DNA of 64,000 bases from an uncultured candidatus Porisulfidus sp. Lineage in GTDB: Bacteria > Pseudomonadota > Gammaproteobacteria > Poriferisulfidales > Poriferisulfidaceae. Location of the stretch: the NCBI GenBank assembly GCA_965204575.1, contig OZ241993.1, forward strand, positions 64,001 to 128,000, in the 5' to 3' direction. How positions within the stretch are numbered: the first letter of the stretch is position 1; each line of letters starts with the position of its first letter. A program made the translations under genes and the position numbers. Below the pieces are notes generated by a model. That model worked only from the letters and a program-made list of their open reading frames with translations, ran no database searches and had not been told where the DNA came from. This document shows positions 38,876-48,982 of the stretch, one piece after another.

Positions 38876-39703
38876 ATGAAAACGATTGACCACTGCCTCG
38901 GGCGACGTGTATTTTCCCTGCCGCTCGCGTTTTGCATGAGCCTCCTGCTCGGCTGGAGTCTCTCAATACCCGCCCATGCGGAATCCGCCGAAGAAAAAGG
39001 GCTGAGAATTGCGCGTGATGCCGATGCGAGGGACCACGGCTTCGGCAACTACACTGCCCAGCAAACCATGGTGCTGCGCAACAAGCATGGGCAAGAAAGC
39101 CGCCGGAAACTTCGGGCGAAGGTTCTGGAAGTGCCGGAAGACGGCGACAAGAGCCTGTTTGTCTTCGACAATCCGCGAGATGTCCAGGGAACCGCTTTTC
39201 TGGTTCATTCCCACAAAAAGGGCTCCGACGACCAGTGGCTCTATCTGCCCGCCCTGAAGCGAGTCAAGCGCATCAGTTCGTCAAATCGCTCCGGCTCCTT
39301 CATGGGAAGCGAATTCGCCTACGAAGACATGACCGCCCAAGACGTCGACAAATTCACCTACCAGTATCTTCGCGATGAACCTTGCGGCGACCTGACATGC
39401 TTCGTGGTGGAACGCGTCCCCACCGACAAGGACTCGGGCTATCGGCGGCAGCTGGTTTGGTTCGACCAGGACGAATTACGTGCCCAGCAGATACATTTCT
39501 ATGACCGAAAAGACACGCATATGAAGACGCTTACCTTTGAAGAATACGCTCAGTATCTGGACAAGTTCTGGCGCTCCGGCCTGATGACGATGGTCAATCA
39601 CGTCACCGGGAAAAGCACGACCATGATGTGGAAAGATTTTCAGTTCCAAACCAAGCTGAGCGATCGCGATTTTACCAAGACAGGATTGAAACGAGTGCGT
39701 TGA
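38876..39703 (+). CDS. LolA-like outer membrane lipoprotein-sorting protein
   Basis: FDNPRDVQGTAFL, DDQWLYLPALKRVKRIS, SFMGSEFAYED; signal peptide. Confidence 0.88.
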   Translation: MKTIDHCLGRRVFSLPLAFCMSLLLGWSLSIPAHAESAEEKGLRIARDADARDHGFGNYTAQQTMVLRNKHGQESRRKLRAKVLEVPEDGDKSLFVFDNPRDVQGTAFLVHSHKKGSDDQWLYLPALKRVKRISSSNRSGSFMGSEFAYEDMTAQDVDKFTYQYLRDEPCGDLTCFVVERVPTDKDSGYRRQLVWFDQDELRAQQIHFYDRKDTHMKTLTFEEYAQYLDKFWRSGLMTMVNHVTGKSTTMMWKDFQFQTKLSDRDFTKTGLKRVR

Positions 39704-40962
39704 TGCTGCGCCGCAACGTGCTTTCCCACATCGCGCCTGTTGCGGTTCTGATTTCAGGTATCGTCCTCGGTAGCGGAGTCCGCGCGGAATCCGATATTTA
39801 TTTTGATTTTTCGGGGAAAATCAGCATCGAAAACCGATGGTTCCCGCAAACGAACCTCTATAAAGATCAATCCCGCCATGCAACCGGGTTCGTTTTCGAA
39901 CCCGAATTTTATCTCGAAGGCGCCGAGGGCTGGAGTTTCACCCTGGTCCCCTTCTTTCGCTACGACAGCGCCGATTCACGCCGTACCCACGGCGACCTCC
40001 GGGAAGCCTATTTTCTGTTGTTCGGCGAACTCGGGGAAGACGAGTGGGAGTTGCGCGTCGGCATCGACCGGATATTTTGGGGTGTCATCGAATCGAATCA
40101 TCTGGTCGACATCATCAATCAAGTCGATGTCATCGAGCACCCCGATCAAGAAGTCGAATTGGGGCAGTTGATGGCGCATCTCACCTTGTCGGGGGAGTGG
40201 GGGATCGCAGAGTTGTTCATCCTGCCGCACCACCGGGAGCGCACGTTCCCCGGTCGTGACGGTCGCCTGCGCAGCGGGCTGATCGTGGACGAAGACCACC
40301 CGACTTATGAGAGTTCGGCCGAACAATGGCATACGGACTTCGCACTTCGGTACAGCCATAACTTCGGGCCCTTTGATGTCGGCATCAGCGTGTTCGACGG
40401 CACCAGCCGGGAAGCGCTTCTGCTGCCACGCCTTGGACCGGATGGCACGATAGAGGGGTTGGTTCCGCACTATGAGCAGATCCGCCAATTTGGCCTGGAT
40501 GCGCAAATGACGTTGGAAGACTGGATATGGAAACTGGAAGCCATTCATCGGTCCGGCGCGCAAAACCTCAGTTACGAGGAAGATGACTATGCCGCGCTCG
40601 TCATGGGAGCGGAATACACGTTTTACTCCATATTCGACTCTCCCGCGGACTTCAGCCTAGTCTGGGAATGGAATTACGACGAACGCGGAGAGGATGCGGC
40701 CACCATATTCGACGATGATCTGTTTTTTGCGATCCGCTACGCCCTCAATGACATTCAGGATACGACTTTCTTCTTCAGCATGATGCAAGACAGGGAACAC
40801 GCGACAAATGTTCTTTTCCTTGAATTTAATCGGAGACTGACCGATCAATGGTCGATGGTTGCGGAAGGATTTCATCTGCTCAATTCGGATGAAAAAGATG
40901 TGCAAGCCCATCCGATACGCCGCGACAGCTTTCTGGAGCTGCGGCTAAACTATAATTTTTGA
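39703..40962 (+). CDS. Outer-membrane beta-barrel protein
   Basis: Signal peptide, alternating aromatic strands, DLREAY...LRVG...FWGV, C-terminal LNYNF; coupled to LolA-like gene. Confidence 0.75.
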   Translation: MLRRNVLSHIAPVAVLISGIVLGSGVRAESDIYFDFSGKISIENRWFPQTNLYKDQSRHATGFVFEPEFYLEGAEGWSFTLVPFFRYDSADSRRTHGDLREAYFLLFGELGEDEWELRVGIDRIFWGVIESNHLVDIINQVDVIEHPDQEVELGQLMAHLTLSGEWGIAELFILPHHRERTFPGRDGRLRSGLIVDEDHPTYESSAEQWHTDFALRYSHNFGPFDVGISVFDGTSREALLLPRLGPDGTIEGLVPHYEQIRQFGLDAQMTLEDWIWKLEAIHRSGAQNLSYEEDDYAALVMGAEYTFYSIFDSPADFSLVWEWNYDERGEDAATIFDDDLFFAIRYALNDIQDTTFFFSMMQDREHATNVLFLEFNRRLTDQWSMVAEGFHLLNSDEKDVQAHPIRRDSFLELRLNYNF

Positions 40963-40996
40963 TCCCCCTCCCCGAAACCCGTTCCAACGTTCCAAA

Positions 40997-41875
40997 GTGA
41001 CTCTGGCTACAGAACTTGCCCCATTGCGACAACGGATCATCGATCGGTTGGAGGAGGTCCTGCCGGGACCTGAAGTCGCGCCCGAGCATCTGCATGCAGC
41101 CATGCGGCATGGGGCGCTGGTCCCGGGCAAGTGCGTGCGGGGATGCCTTGTTTATGCTTCCGGACGGGCTTTAGGAATAGAAGTCGAGCGTCTCGACCGT
41201 TTTGCCTGTGCCCTGGAACTGGTTCATGCCTACTCTTTGGTGCACGACGACCTGCCGTGCATGGACGACGACGATATCCGGCGGGGGCGCCCCTCCTGCC
41301 ACGCAGCGTATGGTGAAGCAACGGCCCTGCTGGCGGGCAACGCCCTGCTGCTGTGTGCCATTGCCGAAGTGTCAGGCGACAGGGAATCGTCAGGAGAACA
41401 GCGCAGTGCGAGTATCGACCGGTTGTGCCAGGCGGCGGGTTCGTTCGGCATGATGGGAGGCCAGCAGCTGGATATCGAGTTGGAAGACGCTGAAGAGTGC
41501 CAAATCGACTTGCTTAATGAAGTGTATCGGCTCAAGACCGGGTGCCTGTTCCATGCCTCGGTCATGCTGCCGACGGAACTGGTGCAGGCCAGCCCAGGGC
41601 AAAGAGACGCGCTGGACACGTATGCGAGAAAAATTGGCCTGGCCTTTCAAGTGCGCGACGATCTCGAGGATATGGAGCAGGATGCCCAGCTTGCCGGCGA
41701 CGGGACGCGCCCGACTTATCCGGTCCTTCTCGGCGTCGAGGCAAGCCGCGAGAAGCTCTCCGGTCTCGGTGCGGAGGCGCTGGCGGCACTCGACATGTTC
41801 GGAGACCGCGCCGACTTGCTGCGTTCGCTTGGGCGATGGCTGACCTCAGGCTCTGCGGATGAACAGTTGGATTAA
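40997..41875 (+). CDS. ispA: Short-chain polyprenyl (farnesyl) diphosphate synthase
   Basis: HAYSLVHDDLPCMDDDDIRRG FARM with Tyr at -5, GQQLD, KTG, FQVRDDLED SARM. Confidence 0.88.
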   Translation: MTLATELAPLRQRIIDRLEEVLPGPEVAPEHLHAAMRHGALVPGKCVRGCLVYASGRALGIEVERLDRFACALELVHAYSLVHDDLPCMDDDDIRRGRPSCHAAYGEATALLAGNALLLCAIAEVSGDRESSGEQRSASIDRLCQAAGSFGMMGGQQLDIELEDAEECQIDLLNEVYRLKTGCLFHASVMLPTELVQASPGQRDALDTYARKIGLAFQVRDDLEDMEQDAQLAGDGTRPTYPVLLGVEASREKLSGLGAEALAALDMFGDRADLLRSLGRWLTSGSADEQLD

Positions 41876-41923
41876 GATGAGGTTTCACGGATTTGTTTGG
41901 AATCCGTGCTAGAGTAAATCATC

Positions 41924-43330
41924 ATGCACCGAGCCTCCCGCTACCGTCTGTATCCGAACCAGACGCATGAGCGGCAGTTCACTCGGCTGTGCGGGGCCGG
42001 CCGATTCGTCTACAACGAATTGCTGGCCAGCCAAATCCAAGAGTACAAGCGTTTCGAGGCCGGCGAGAGAGAAAGGCCGGGCACCTCCGAGTTTGACTTC
42101 GGAAGGCGGTATGCACGCCTGAAAGCACAGGAAGGTCACGAGTGGCTGCGGGAGCTGTCAGCCGTGGTCGTGCGCGGCACGGGGGCTTTCCCGCTGGGGT
42201 CGGCGTTCGCGCATTTCTCCCGTCGGATCCGGGAGAGCAAGTGCGGCAAGCAGGCCGGATTCCCCCGCTTCAAGGTCAAGGGCAAGAGCCGGGAGTCGTT
42301 TACGATCCCGGAGGACGTGAAGATCCGGAGCAAGCGGCTTTGGGTACCGAAGGTGGGCTGGATCCGGATGAACCGCAAGGCGCAATCGCGCACGCAGGGA
42401 GCCGACCCTTGGGACAGCGGCGAAGCCAAGACCGCGGTGGTGTACCGGGAGCTGGACAAATGGTACGTGTCGGTGCTGTGGGAGGTGCCAGACCCGGACT
42501 GGCGTTGGCACGGCGGGGTCTGCGGGATCGACCGCAACTCGGAGAACATCGCAGGGGCCTGGAGCGGCGGGCGGAGGCTGATCGAGATTCCGTATGAGCG
42601 AATCGGGAAGTACGAGGCGCGGGCCCGACACTACCAGTGGCGGGCGAGCCACCGGGAGCGGACCGAACTGAAGGATTCTGACGGAGAACCGGTGCGCACG
42701 AAGTCGGGCAAGAAGATCAAGGTGGCCTCGAACCGACGCCAGCGCTTGCAGTTGCGTGCGGCGAAGGCGAAGCGCAAGGCGGCGGAGATCCGCAAGGACT
42801 TCAGCCACCAGGCCTCGGCCGACCTGGCTCGGAACTTCCAGCACCTCGTGCTGGAGGACCTGGACGTGCAGGCGATGCGGCGCTCGGTGCGGGGGACGAA
42901 GGAAAAGCCAGGGCGGCGCGTGAAGGCGAAGACGGCGCTGAACCGGAAGATGGTGCAGTTCTCTTGCATGGGAATGGTGGACCGCTTTCTCCAGTACAAG
43001 GCGGCAGATCTCATCCGGGTGCCGGCGCGGAACACCAGCCAGGCCTGCGCGGAGTGCGGGCACACCGAACAAGGCAACCGGAAGGAGCAGGCGCACTTCA
43101 AGTGCCTGGCCTGCGGGCACACGGACAATGCGGACATCAATGCCGCACGAAACATCCTGGACCTGGGATTGAACAGGCTCCTGGCCGGAGGCGCTCCGGT
43201 GACGGGACGGGGAGGGGACAACGAAGCGGGGGCATTCTTCTATGAGTGCCTAGTGGACACCGCCGATGATCCGTCAACGATGCAGTGGAACTACCGGGGC
43301 TCGCCCCCCGACTTCCACACAGAATCGTGA
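41924..43330 (+). CDS. tnpB: TnpB RNA-guided endonuclease, RuvC catalytic residues intact
   Basis: YRLYPN...GAGRFVYN; GIDRN, LEDLDVQAM, NADINAARNI; CAEC/CLAC zinc ribbon; stop inside right-end repeat. Confidence 0.95.
   Translation: MHRASRYRLYPNQTHERQFTRLCGAGRFVYNELLASQIQEYKRFEAGERERPGTSEFDFGRRYARLKAQEGHEWLRELSAVVVRGTGAFPLGSAFAHFSRRIRESKCGKQAGFPRFKVKGKSRESFTIPEDVKIRSKRLWVPKVGWIRMNRKAQSRTQGADPWDSGEAKTAVVYRELDKWYVSVLWEVPDPDWRWHGGVCGIDRNSENIAGAWSGGRRLIEIPYERIGKYEARARHYQWRASHRERTELKDSDGEPVRTKSGKKIKVASNRRQRLQLRAAKAKRKAAEIRKDFSHQASADLARNFQHLVLEDLDVQAMRRSVRGTKEKPGRRVKAKTALNRKMVQFSCMGMVDRFLQYKAADLIRVPARNTSQACAECGHTEQGNRKEQAHFKCLACGHTDNADINAARNILDLGLNRLLAGGAPVTGRGGDNEAGAFFYECLVDTADDPSTMQWNYRGSPPDFHTES
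43150..43308 (+). ncRNA. Putative omega-RNA, scaffold ending at CCGTCAA (TCAA 43274-43277), with internal guide
   Basis: GGACGGGGAGG (43205-43215)...GATCCGTCAA mirrors the first tnpB; hairpins CCGGAG-GCG-CTCCGG and GGCATTC...GAGTGCC. Boundaries approximate. Confidence 0.6.
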
Positions 43331-43390
43331 AGCGCCGTTAAGATGCCGTAAACCGGACGACGGTACACAACGAGCGGGGTTCTGGTTCAC

Positions 43391-44464
43391 ATGCCTACTT
43401 CAATCTCGAAGAGTCTGCAAGACTGTGACAGCGACCTCGCCTATCAGGACGCTATTTTGCAAGGTGTTTCCCGCACCTTTGCTCTCACGATCCCCCGGCT
43501 TCCCGATGCATTGCGCGACGTGGTGGGCAATGCCTATCTCCTGTGCCGGATTACAGACACCATCGAAGATGAACCAAGCCTGCCCTCGGAACAAAAACAA
43601 ATATTCTCGGAGCGCTTCATCGATGTCGTCGCCGGCCGTGAAAGCGTAGAACCCTTCGCACGGGAACTCGGTTCCTCGCTGTCCGCATCGACCACCGAGG
43701 ACGAACATGATCTGATCGCCAATACCGACCGGGTTATCCGGATTACTCATGGATTCCGCCCCAACCAGCGGAAGATCCTTGAGCGTTGCGTGGAAACCAT
43801 GGCGCGGGGAATGTCCGAATTCCAGCGGAACGCAACTTCCGACGGCCTGGAAGACCTGTCCCACCTTGATCGCTATTGCTACTATGTCGCCGGGGTCGTC
43901 GGCGAGATGCTGACGGAACTCTTTTGTGACTACTCCGCAGAGATAAATGAACGGCGCGAGGAGCTTCTCGCGTTGTCGGTCTCGTTCGGGCAAGGGTTGC
44001 AGATGACGAACATCCTCAAGGACATGTGGGAAGACCGACGCCGTGGAGCCTGTTGGTTGCCGCGTGATGTCTTCCAGGCCGCGGGGTACGATTTGAGTGC
44101 CATGTCCGCTGGGGAAACCAATCCCGCTTTCGCCAAGGGATTGTCCGAACTCGTGGCGGTCGCCCGCTGCCACCTGGAAAACGCACTCCGGTTCATTACC
44201 CTTATCCCTCGCCACGAAACCGGCATTCGCCTGCACTGCCTGTGGGCATTGGGAATGGCCGTTCTGACCCTGCGCCGCATTCATGCAACCCCCGCTTTCC
44301 ATAGCGGGCAGGAGGTGAAAATCTCGCGCCGCAGCGTGCGCGCCGTTGTCGCCGTCACCAACGCATCGGTCCGCTCCAACCTGGCTTTGAAGGCACTCTT
44401 CGGGGCACTGGCCTCCAGGCTTCCGCGCAGTCAGGTGGACTGCCTCCCGCAAGCGCAACCGTGA
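43391..44464 (+). CDS. Squalene/phytoene synthase family (resembles single-enzyme squalene synthases)
   Basis: [46 protein letters not shown]. Confidence 0.88.
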   Translation: MPTSISKSLQDCDSDLAYQDAILQGVSRTFALTIPRLPDALRDVVGNAYLLCRITDTIEDEPSLPSEQKQIFSERFIDVVAGRESVEPFARELGSSLSASTTEDEHDLIANTDRVIRITHGFRPNQRKILERCVETMARGMSEFQRNATSDGLEDLSHLDRYCYYVAGVVGEMLTELFCDYSAEINERREELLALSVSFGQGLQMTNILKDMWEDRRRGACWLPRDVFQAAGYDLSAMSAGETNPAFAKGLSELVAVARCHLENALRFITLIPRHETGIRLHCLWALGMAVLTLRRIHATPAFHSGQEVKISRRSVRAVVAVTNASVRSNLALKALFGALASRLPRSQVDCLPQAQP

Positions 44465-44529
44465 CGAGCTGCCGCGTTTGGTACAAATCTGGCACAATGT
44501 AACTCTGAAAGCGGGGACTCACCACAAAC

Positions 44530-45495
44530 ATGATGAAGGTAATCCTGGCTCAACCACGCGGTTTTTGTGCCGGTGTTGATCGCGCCATCACCATCGTTGA
44601 GAAGGCGCTGGAGCTTCATGCCTCTCCCATTTACGTGCGGCATGAAATTGTCCATAACCGTAGGGTTGTAGAGAATCTGGAGGCGAAAGGCGTCGAGTTC
44701 GTGGACGAAATCGAACAAATCCCGGATGAGGCGGTAGCCGTGTTCAGTGCCCATGGCGTGTCGCAGAAAGTGGAGCAGGATGCCTCGCGGCGGAACCTTC
44801 GATCCATCGACGCCACGTGCCCTCTGGTTTCGAAAGTTCACAAGGAAGGGCAGCGTTATGCTGCGCAAGGCTACGACATCATCCTGATCGGACATGAAAA
44901 CCACCCCGAGGTGGAGGGCACTCTCGGTCGGATCTCGGGACCCGTTTTCTTGGTCAGCACCGTAGAGGATGTCGAAACTCTTGAAGTGCAAAACCCGGAG
45001 AAAGTCGCCTATATCACCCAAACCACTTTGTCGGTCGACGATACGCGGGAGATCATCGAGGCATTGCGCAAACGTTTCCCGGATATTGCCGGGCCGGACG
45101 TCAAGGACATTTGCTACGCCACCCAGAATCGCCAGGCCGCCGTGCGTGCACTTGCCGAGCAGGTGGATCTGATTCTCGTGGTCGGGGCGAAGAACAGTTC
45201 CAATTCCAATCGCTTGTGCGAAGTTGCGTCCGACATCGGGGTCTCCAGTTACCTGATCGAAGATCCCTCGATGATTGATCCTGAATGGCTGCGCGGGAAA
45301 GAGGCGGTCGGGATTACCGCCGGGGCCTCGACCCCCGAGGAGTTGGTGCAAGACGTCATTGAAACGTTGCGGAAACACGCCGAACTGGAAGTCTCCACAA
45401 TGGACGGAATCGAGGAAAACGTACGTTTCCCTCTCCCCCCTTCTTTACATCAGGCAGCCAAGAGAAAAGCAGGTTCGACCGGGAAAGTGACATAA
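44530..45495 (+). CDS. ispH: 4-hydroxy-3-methylbut-2-enyl diphosphate reductase
   Basis: [50 protein letters not shown]. Confidence 0.97.
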   Translation: MMKVILAQPRGFCAGVDRAITIVEKALELHASPIYVRHEIVHNRRVVENLEAKGVEFVDEIEQIPDEAVAVFSAHGVSQKVEQDASRRNLRSIDATCPLVSKVHKEGQRYAAQGYDIILIGHENHPEVEGTLGRISGPVFLVSTVEDVETLEVQNPEKVAYITQTTLSVDDTREIIEALRKRFPDIAGPDVKDICYATQNRQAAVRALAEQVDLILVVGAKNSSNSNRLCEVASDIGVSSYLIEDPSMIDPEWLRGKEAVGITAGASTPEELVQDVIETLRKHAELEVSTMDGIEENVRFPLPPSLHQAAKRKAGSTGKVT

Positions 45496-45602
45496 GGCGG
45501 CAAATACGCCGGCCGGATTTCCCAATATTCCTTCCCCGAATTTTTTATCGGCTTCATGCCGGGCGGGCATTTCATTTTCGGCCTGCGCGGGAGGAATGCC
45601 GG

Positions 45603-46418
45603 TCACCGCTGACATCGCCGGCAGTAAAAACTTGAGCGTTGCCCGATTACCCGGCTGCGCACCGGCTCCCCGCACCGGGGGCATGCCTCGCCGGCCCGCC
45701 CGTATACCTGGAGTTCCTGTGCAAAATAGCCCGGTTCCCCTTCCGCCTTCGTAAAATCCCTCAACGTCGTCCCGCCCGCTTTTATCGCCTGAGTCAGGAC
45801 CGCCCTTGCGGCCTCGGCCAGCCGTCGGTAGCGATTCAGGCCAACCCGTCCGGCAGCGCGAACCGGCGAGATTCCTGCTTCGAACAATGCCTCGCTGGCA
45901 TAGATGTTGCCCAGACCCACCACGATTTTCGAATCCATCAGGAAGTTCTTGACGGCACCGGAACGTCCCCGCGACCGGGCATACAGCCATTCCCCGCTGA
46001 ATTCTTCTCCCAGGGGTTCCGGGCCGAGGTTCCTCAGCAATCGATGCCGCAGCGGATCGGCACGGGTCCAATGCAGGCTGCCAAACCGCCGCGGATCCCG
46101 GAATCGCAACGTGGCGCCCTTCTTCAGGCAGACATCGACATGGTCGTGCGTGCCCGGCGGAGGAGGATTCTTGAGGACCCGAAACGAGCCCGACATTCCC
46201 AAGTGCCAGATCAGGTGTCCGTCGTCCAGTTCAATCAACAAATACTTGGCCCGGCGATCGACTGCATGGACACGCTGGTTTGTTGCCACGCCCGGAAGCG
46301 TCCGACTGATCGGCCAGCGTAACTGCCGTTGCCGGATGACCATCCGGTCGATGACTTCTCCAACCAGGTGCGGCGCAATTCCGCGGCGCACCGTTTCGAC
46401 TTCCGGCAGTTCCGGCAT
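45603..46418 (-). CDS. mutM: Formamidopyrimidine-DNA glycosylase
   Basis: MPELPEVET, HLGMSG, DPRRFG, GLGNIY, C-terminal zinc finger. Confidence 0.97.
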   Translation of the reverse strand: MPELPEVETVRRGIAPHLVGEVIDRMVIRQRQLRWPISRTLPGVATNQRVHAVDRRAKYLLIELDDGHLIWHLGMSGSFRVLKNPPPPGTHDHVDVCLKKGATLRFRDPRRFGSLHWTRADPLRHRLLRNLGPEPLGEEFSGEWLYARSRGRSGAVKNFLMDSKIVVGLGNIYASEALFEAGISPVRAAGRVGLNRYRRLAEAARAVLTQAIKAGGTTLRDFTKAEGEPGYFAQELQVYGRAGEACPRCGEPVRSRVIGQRSSFYCRRCQR

Positions 46419-47110
46419 CAGCAGCCCACCGGGATCGTCGCGAAGGTGGCCATCAAGTGGCGGGCCTGCTTCTCATTGAGCCATTGTTCGTGCCGGGTCT
46501 GCCAGACCGGCACCTCGCCAAGACGGCTTTCGAGGACGGGGAGATTCCCGAAATCCCCGGTACCCGGTCTTATTTGGTTGAGAATGACGCCCGCCAGCTG
46601 GCAGTGCGACTTCTGCACCGCTTCGCAGGTCAACAGAACCTGATTGATCGCACCCAGCCGATCCTCGGCCACGACCAGGACCGGCAATCCCAGCTCCGAA
46701 GCGAGCGCCTGGACGTCCCCGTCCTCTGCCAAGGGCGTCCTCCATCCCCCTGCCCCCTCGACGACCAGCAGCCCTTCCCGGCGGCAGAAGTCGACCAGGT
46801 CCTGCAACCGATATTCCACCCCCTCCTGCCGTGCCGCCAGCATCGGCGCAATCGGGGTGCGCAACTTGTAACGCACCACCGGCTCCGTCTTCGCCAATCG
46901 CGCTGCCTCGCGCAGAGCCTCTGCATCCTGCGCCCGCAATTCCTCGCCGGAAGCCCCATCGATTGCCACGCACCCGGATTCCACGGGCTTCAGGGGGCGA
47001 ACCTCCGGCACCTGCCCGTGCAAATCCCGGATCAAATGGGCCGCAGCCCATGTTTTCCCCACCCCGGTATCGGTTCCCGTCACGAAAATACCGCGCAAAT
47101 CGGAACACAT
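46418..47110 (-). CDS. bioD: Dethiobiotin synthase
   Basis: FVTGTDTGVGKT, KPVESG, VEGAGG, LGAINQ; start inferred. Confidence 0.93.
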   Translation of the reverse strand: MCSDLRGIFVTGTDTGVGKTWAAAHLIRDLHGQVPEVRPLKPVESGCVAIDGASGEELRAQDAEALREAARLAKTEPVVRYKLRTPIAPMLAARQEGVEYRLQDLVDFCRREGLLVVEGAGGWRTPLAEDGDVQALASELGLPVLVVAEDRLGAINQVLLTCEAVQKSHCQLAGVILNQIRPGTGDFGNLPVLESRLGEVPVWQTRHEQWLNEKQARHLMATFATIPVGC

Positions 47111-47162
47111 CACATATAATTCAAGTTTGACCTGAAGGTCGATCAATTTTACGCCTGTCTTC

Positions 47163-48398
47163 ATGAACGAGCCGGATTCCATGTTCTCCCCCCGCCGAAA
47201 ATCCGTTGCAGTACGGATTGGCTCGGTCACGCTCGGTGCCGGCCATCCCATTGCCGTGCAATCCATGACCGACACTCCCACCGCCGATGTCGCCGCGACG
47301 GTGGCGCAAGTCGAGGCCTTGACGCGTGCGGGCTCCGAACTGGTCCGGTTGACGGTCAATGACCGTGACGCGGCGGCGGCCGTCCCCCAGGTTCGCGAAC
47401 AACTGGACAAGCGTGGGGTTGCCGTCCCCCTGATCGGGGATTTCCACTACAACGGGCACAAGCTCCTGGCAGAATTCCCGGAATGCGCTGAAACCCTGGA
47501 CAAGTACCGCGTAAATCCAGGAAATGTCGGGCGCGGCAGTTCGCGCGACCCGCACTTCACGCAATTCATCGAACTCGCCTGCCGCCATCAGAAACCCGTG
47601 CGGATCGGCGTCAATTGGGGAAGCCTTGATGCAGCATTGCTGACCGAGCTGATGGACGAGAATGCCAAGCTCGATTCCCCTCTGGATGCCGAAGCGGTCC
47701 AGCGCGAGGCGATGGTTCAGTCGGCATTGCGAAGCGCTGCCCGAGCCGAGGAGATCGGCCTGCCGCACGACGCGATCGTGCTGTCCTGCAAGATGAGCCG
47801 GGTCCCCTTGGTGGTCCAGGTGTACACCGAGCTCGCCCAGCGCTGCGACTATCCGTTGCATCTGGGATTGACCGAAGCCGGCATGGGCACTCGCGCGGTC
47901 GTCTCGACCAGCGCGGCACTGGCCCTGCTCCTGCAGCGCGGAATCGGGGACACGCTGCGGGTATCGCTGACGCCGGAACCGGGCGGAGAGAGAACCGCAG
48001 AAGTCCGAGTCGCCTGCGACCTGCTGCAGAGCATGAACCTGCGCCACTTCATGCCGGCCGTGACGGCCTGCCCCGGCTGCGGCCGGACCAGCAGCGACTA
48101 TTTCCAGCGGTTGGCTCAAGACATCGAACGCTACATCGCCAAGCAGATGCCCGTGTGGAAGAAACAGTACCCGGGGGTCGAGAACCTGAACGTGGCGGTG
48201 ATGGGCTGTGTCGTCAACGGTCCAGGCGAAAGCCGCCATGCCGACATCGGAATCAGTCTGCCCGGCTCCAATGAGAACCCCAGTGCGCCCGTTTACATCG
48301 ACGGCGAACGGGTCTGCACCCTGAGCGGAGAGCGCATCGCGGAAGAATTCCAGGAAATGCTTCTGGACTACGTGGAAAAGAGATACGCGTCCGTATAA
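47163..48398 (+). CDS. ispG: HMBPP synthase
   Basis: [52 protein letters not shown]. Confidence 0.96.
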   Translation: MNEPDSMFSPRRKSVAVRIGSVTLGAGHPIAVQSMTDTPTADVAATVAQVEALTRAGSELVRLTVNDRDAAAAVPQVREQLDKRGVAVPLIGDFHYNGHKLLAEFPECAETLDKYRVNPGNVGRGSSRDPHFTQFIELACRHQKPVRIGVNWGSLDAALLTELMDENAKLDSPLDAEAVQREAMVQSALRSAARAEEIGLPHDAIVLSCKMSRVPLVVQVYTELAQRCDYPLHLGLTEAGMGTRAVVSTSAALALLLQRGIGDTLRVSLTPEPGGERTAEVRVACDLLQSMNLRHFMPAVTACPGCGRTSSDYFQRLAQDIERYIAKQMPVWKKQYPGVENLNVAVMGCVVNGPGESRHADIGISLPGSNENPSAPVYIDGERVCTLSGERIAEEFQEMLLDYVEKRYASV

Positions 48399-48432
48399 TC
48401 TTGGAAACTGAGCACATACCGCTTGCCCTTTC

Positions 48433-48969
48433 ATGAGCGTCCGAACTTTCGAGGACCACGCGCCCCGCATCGCCAATTCTGCCTACGTGGATGAACACGC
48501 GCTGGTCATCGGCGACGTGCACCTGGGCGAGGACAGCTCGGTCTGGCCGATGTCGGTCGTTCGCGGCGACGTCAACTCGATCCGAATCGGAGCGCGGACC
48601 AACATCCAGGATGGCAGCGTCGTGCATGTCACGCATGACTGCGAATATTCCCCGGGCGGCTATGCCGTCACCATTGGAGACGACGTGACGGTGGGCCACC
48701 GGGTCATCGCCCACGCCTGTGAAATCGGTGATCGCTGCCTGATCGGGATGGGCTCCATAATCCTGGATGGCGCCGTCATCGAGCCCGACAGCATGATCGG
48801 CGCCGGTTGCCTGGTGCCTCCCGGGAAACGCCTTGAAGGCGGCTGCCTCTGGATTGGCAGCCCGGCCCGGAAGCTTCGCGAACTGAGTCCCGAAGAACTT
48901 GAATTCCTGCGATATTCCGCGGCTCACTACGTCGACAACAAGAACCGTCACAAAGCTGAATGCTCCTGA
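48433..48969 (+). CDS. Gamma carbonic anhydrase family protein (YrdA-like)
   Basis: RGDVN, TNIQDGSVVH, TVGH...IAHAC hexapeptide repeats. Confidence 0.9.
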   Translation: MSVRTFEDHAPRIANSAYVDEHALVIGDVHLGEDSSVWPMSVVRGDVNSIRIGARTNIQDGSVVHVTHDCEYSPGGYAVTIGDDVTVGHRVIAHACEIGDRCLIGMGSIILDGAVIEPDSMIGAGCLVPPGKRLEGGCLWIGSPARKLRELSPEELEFLRYSAAHYVDNKNRHKAECS

Positions 48970-48982
48970 AAGGACCTGAAAC

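Larger units (their letters stand above)
41880..43337 (+). mobile_element. Second tnpB cassette with perfect 8-bp target-site duplication and degenerate TIRs
   Basis: TTAAGATG at 41872-41879 and 43338-43345; left end AGGTTTCACGGATTTGTTTGGAATCCG versus reverse complement of right end CGGCGCTTCACGATTCTGTGTGGAAGTCG; no transposase gene. Confidence 0.78.
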
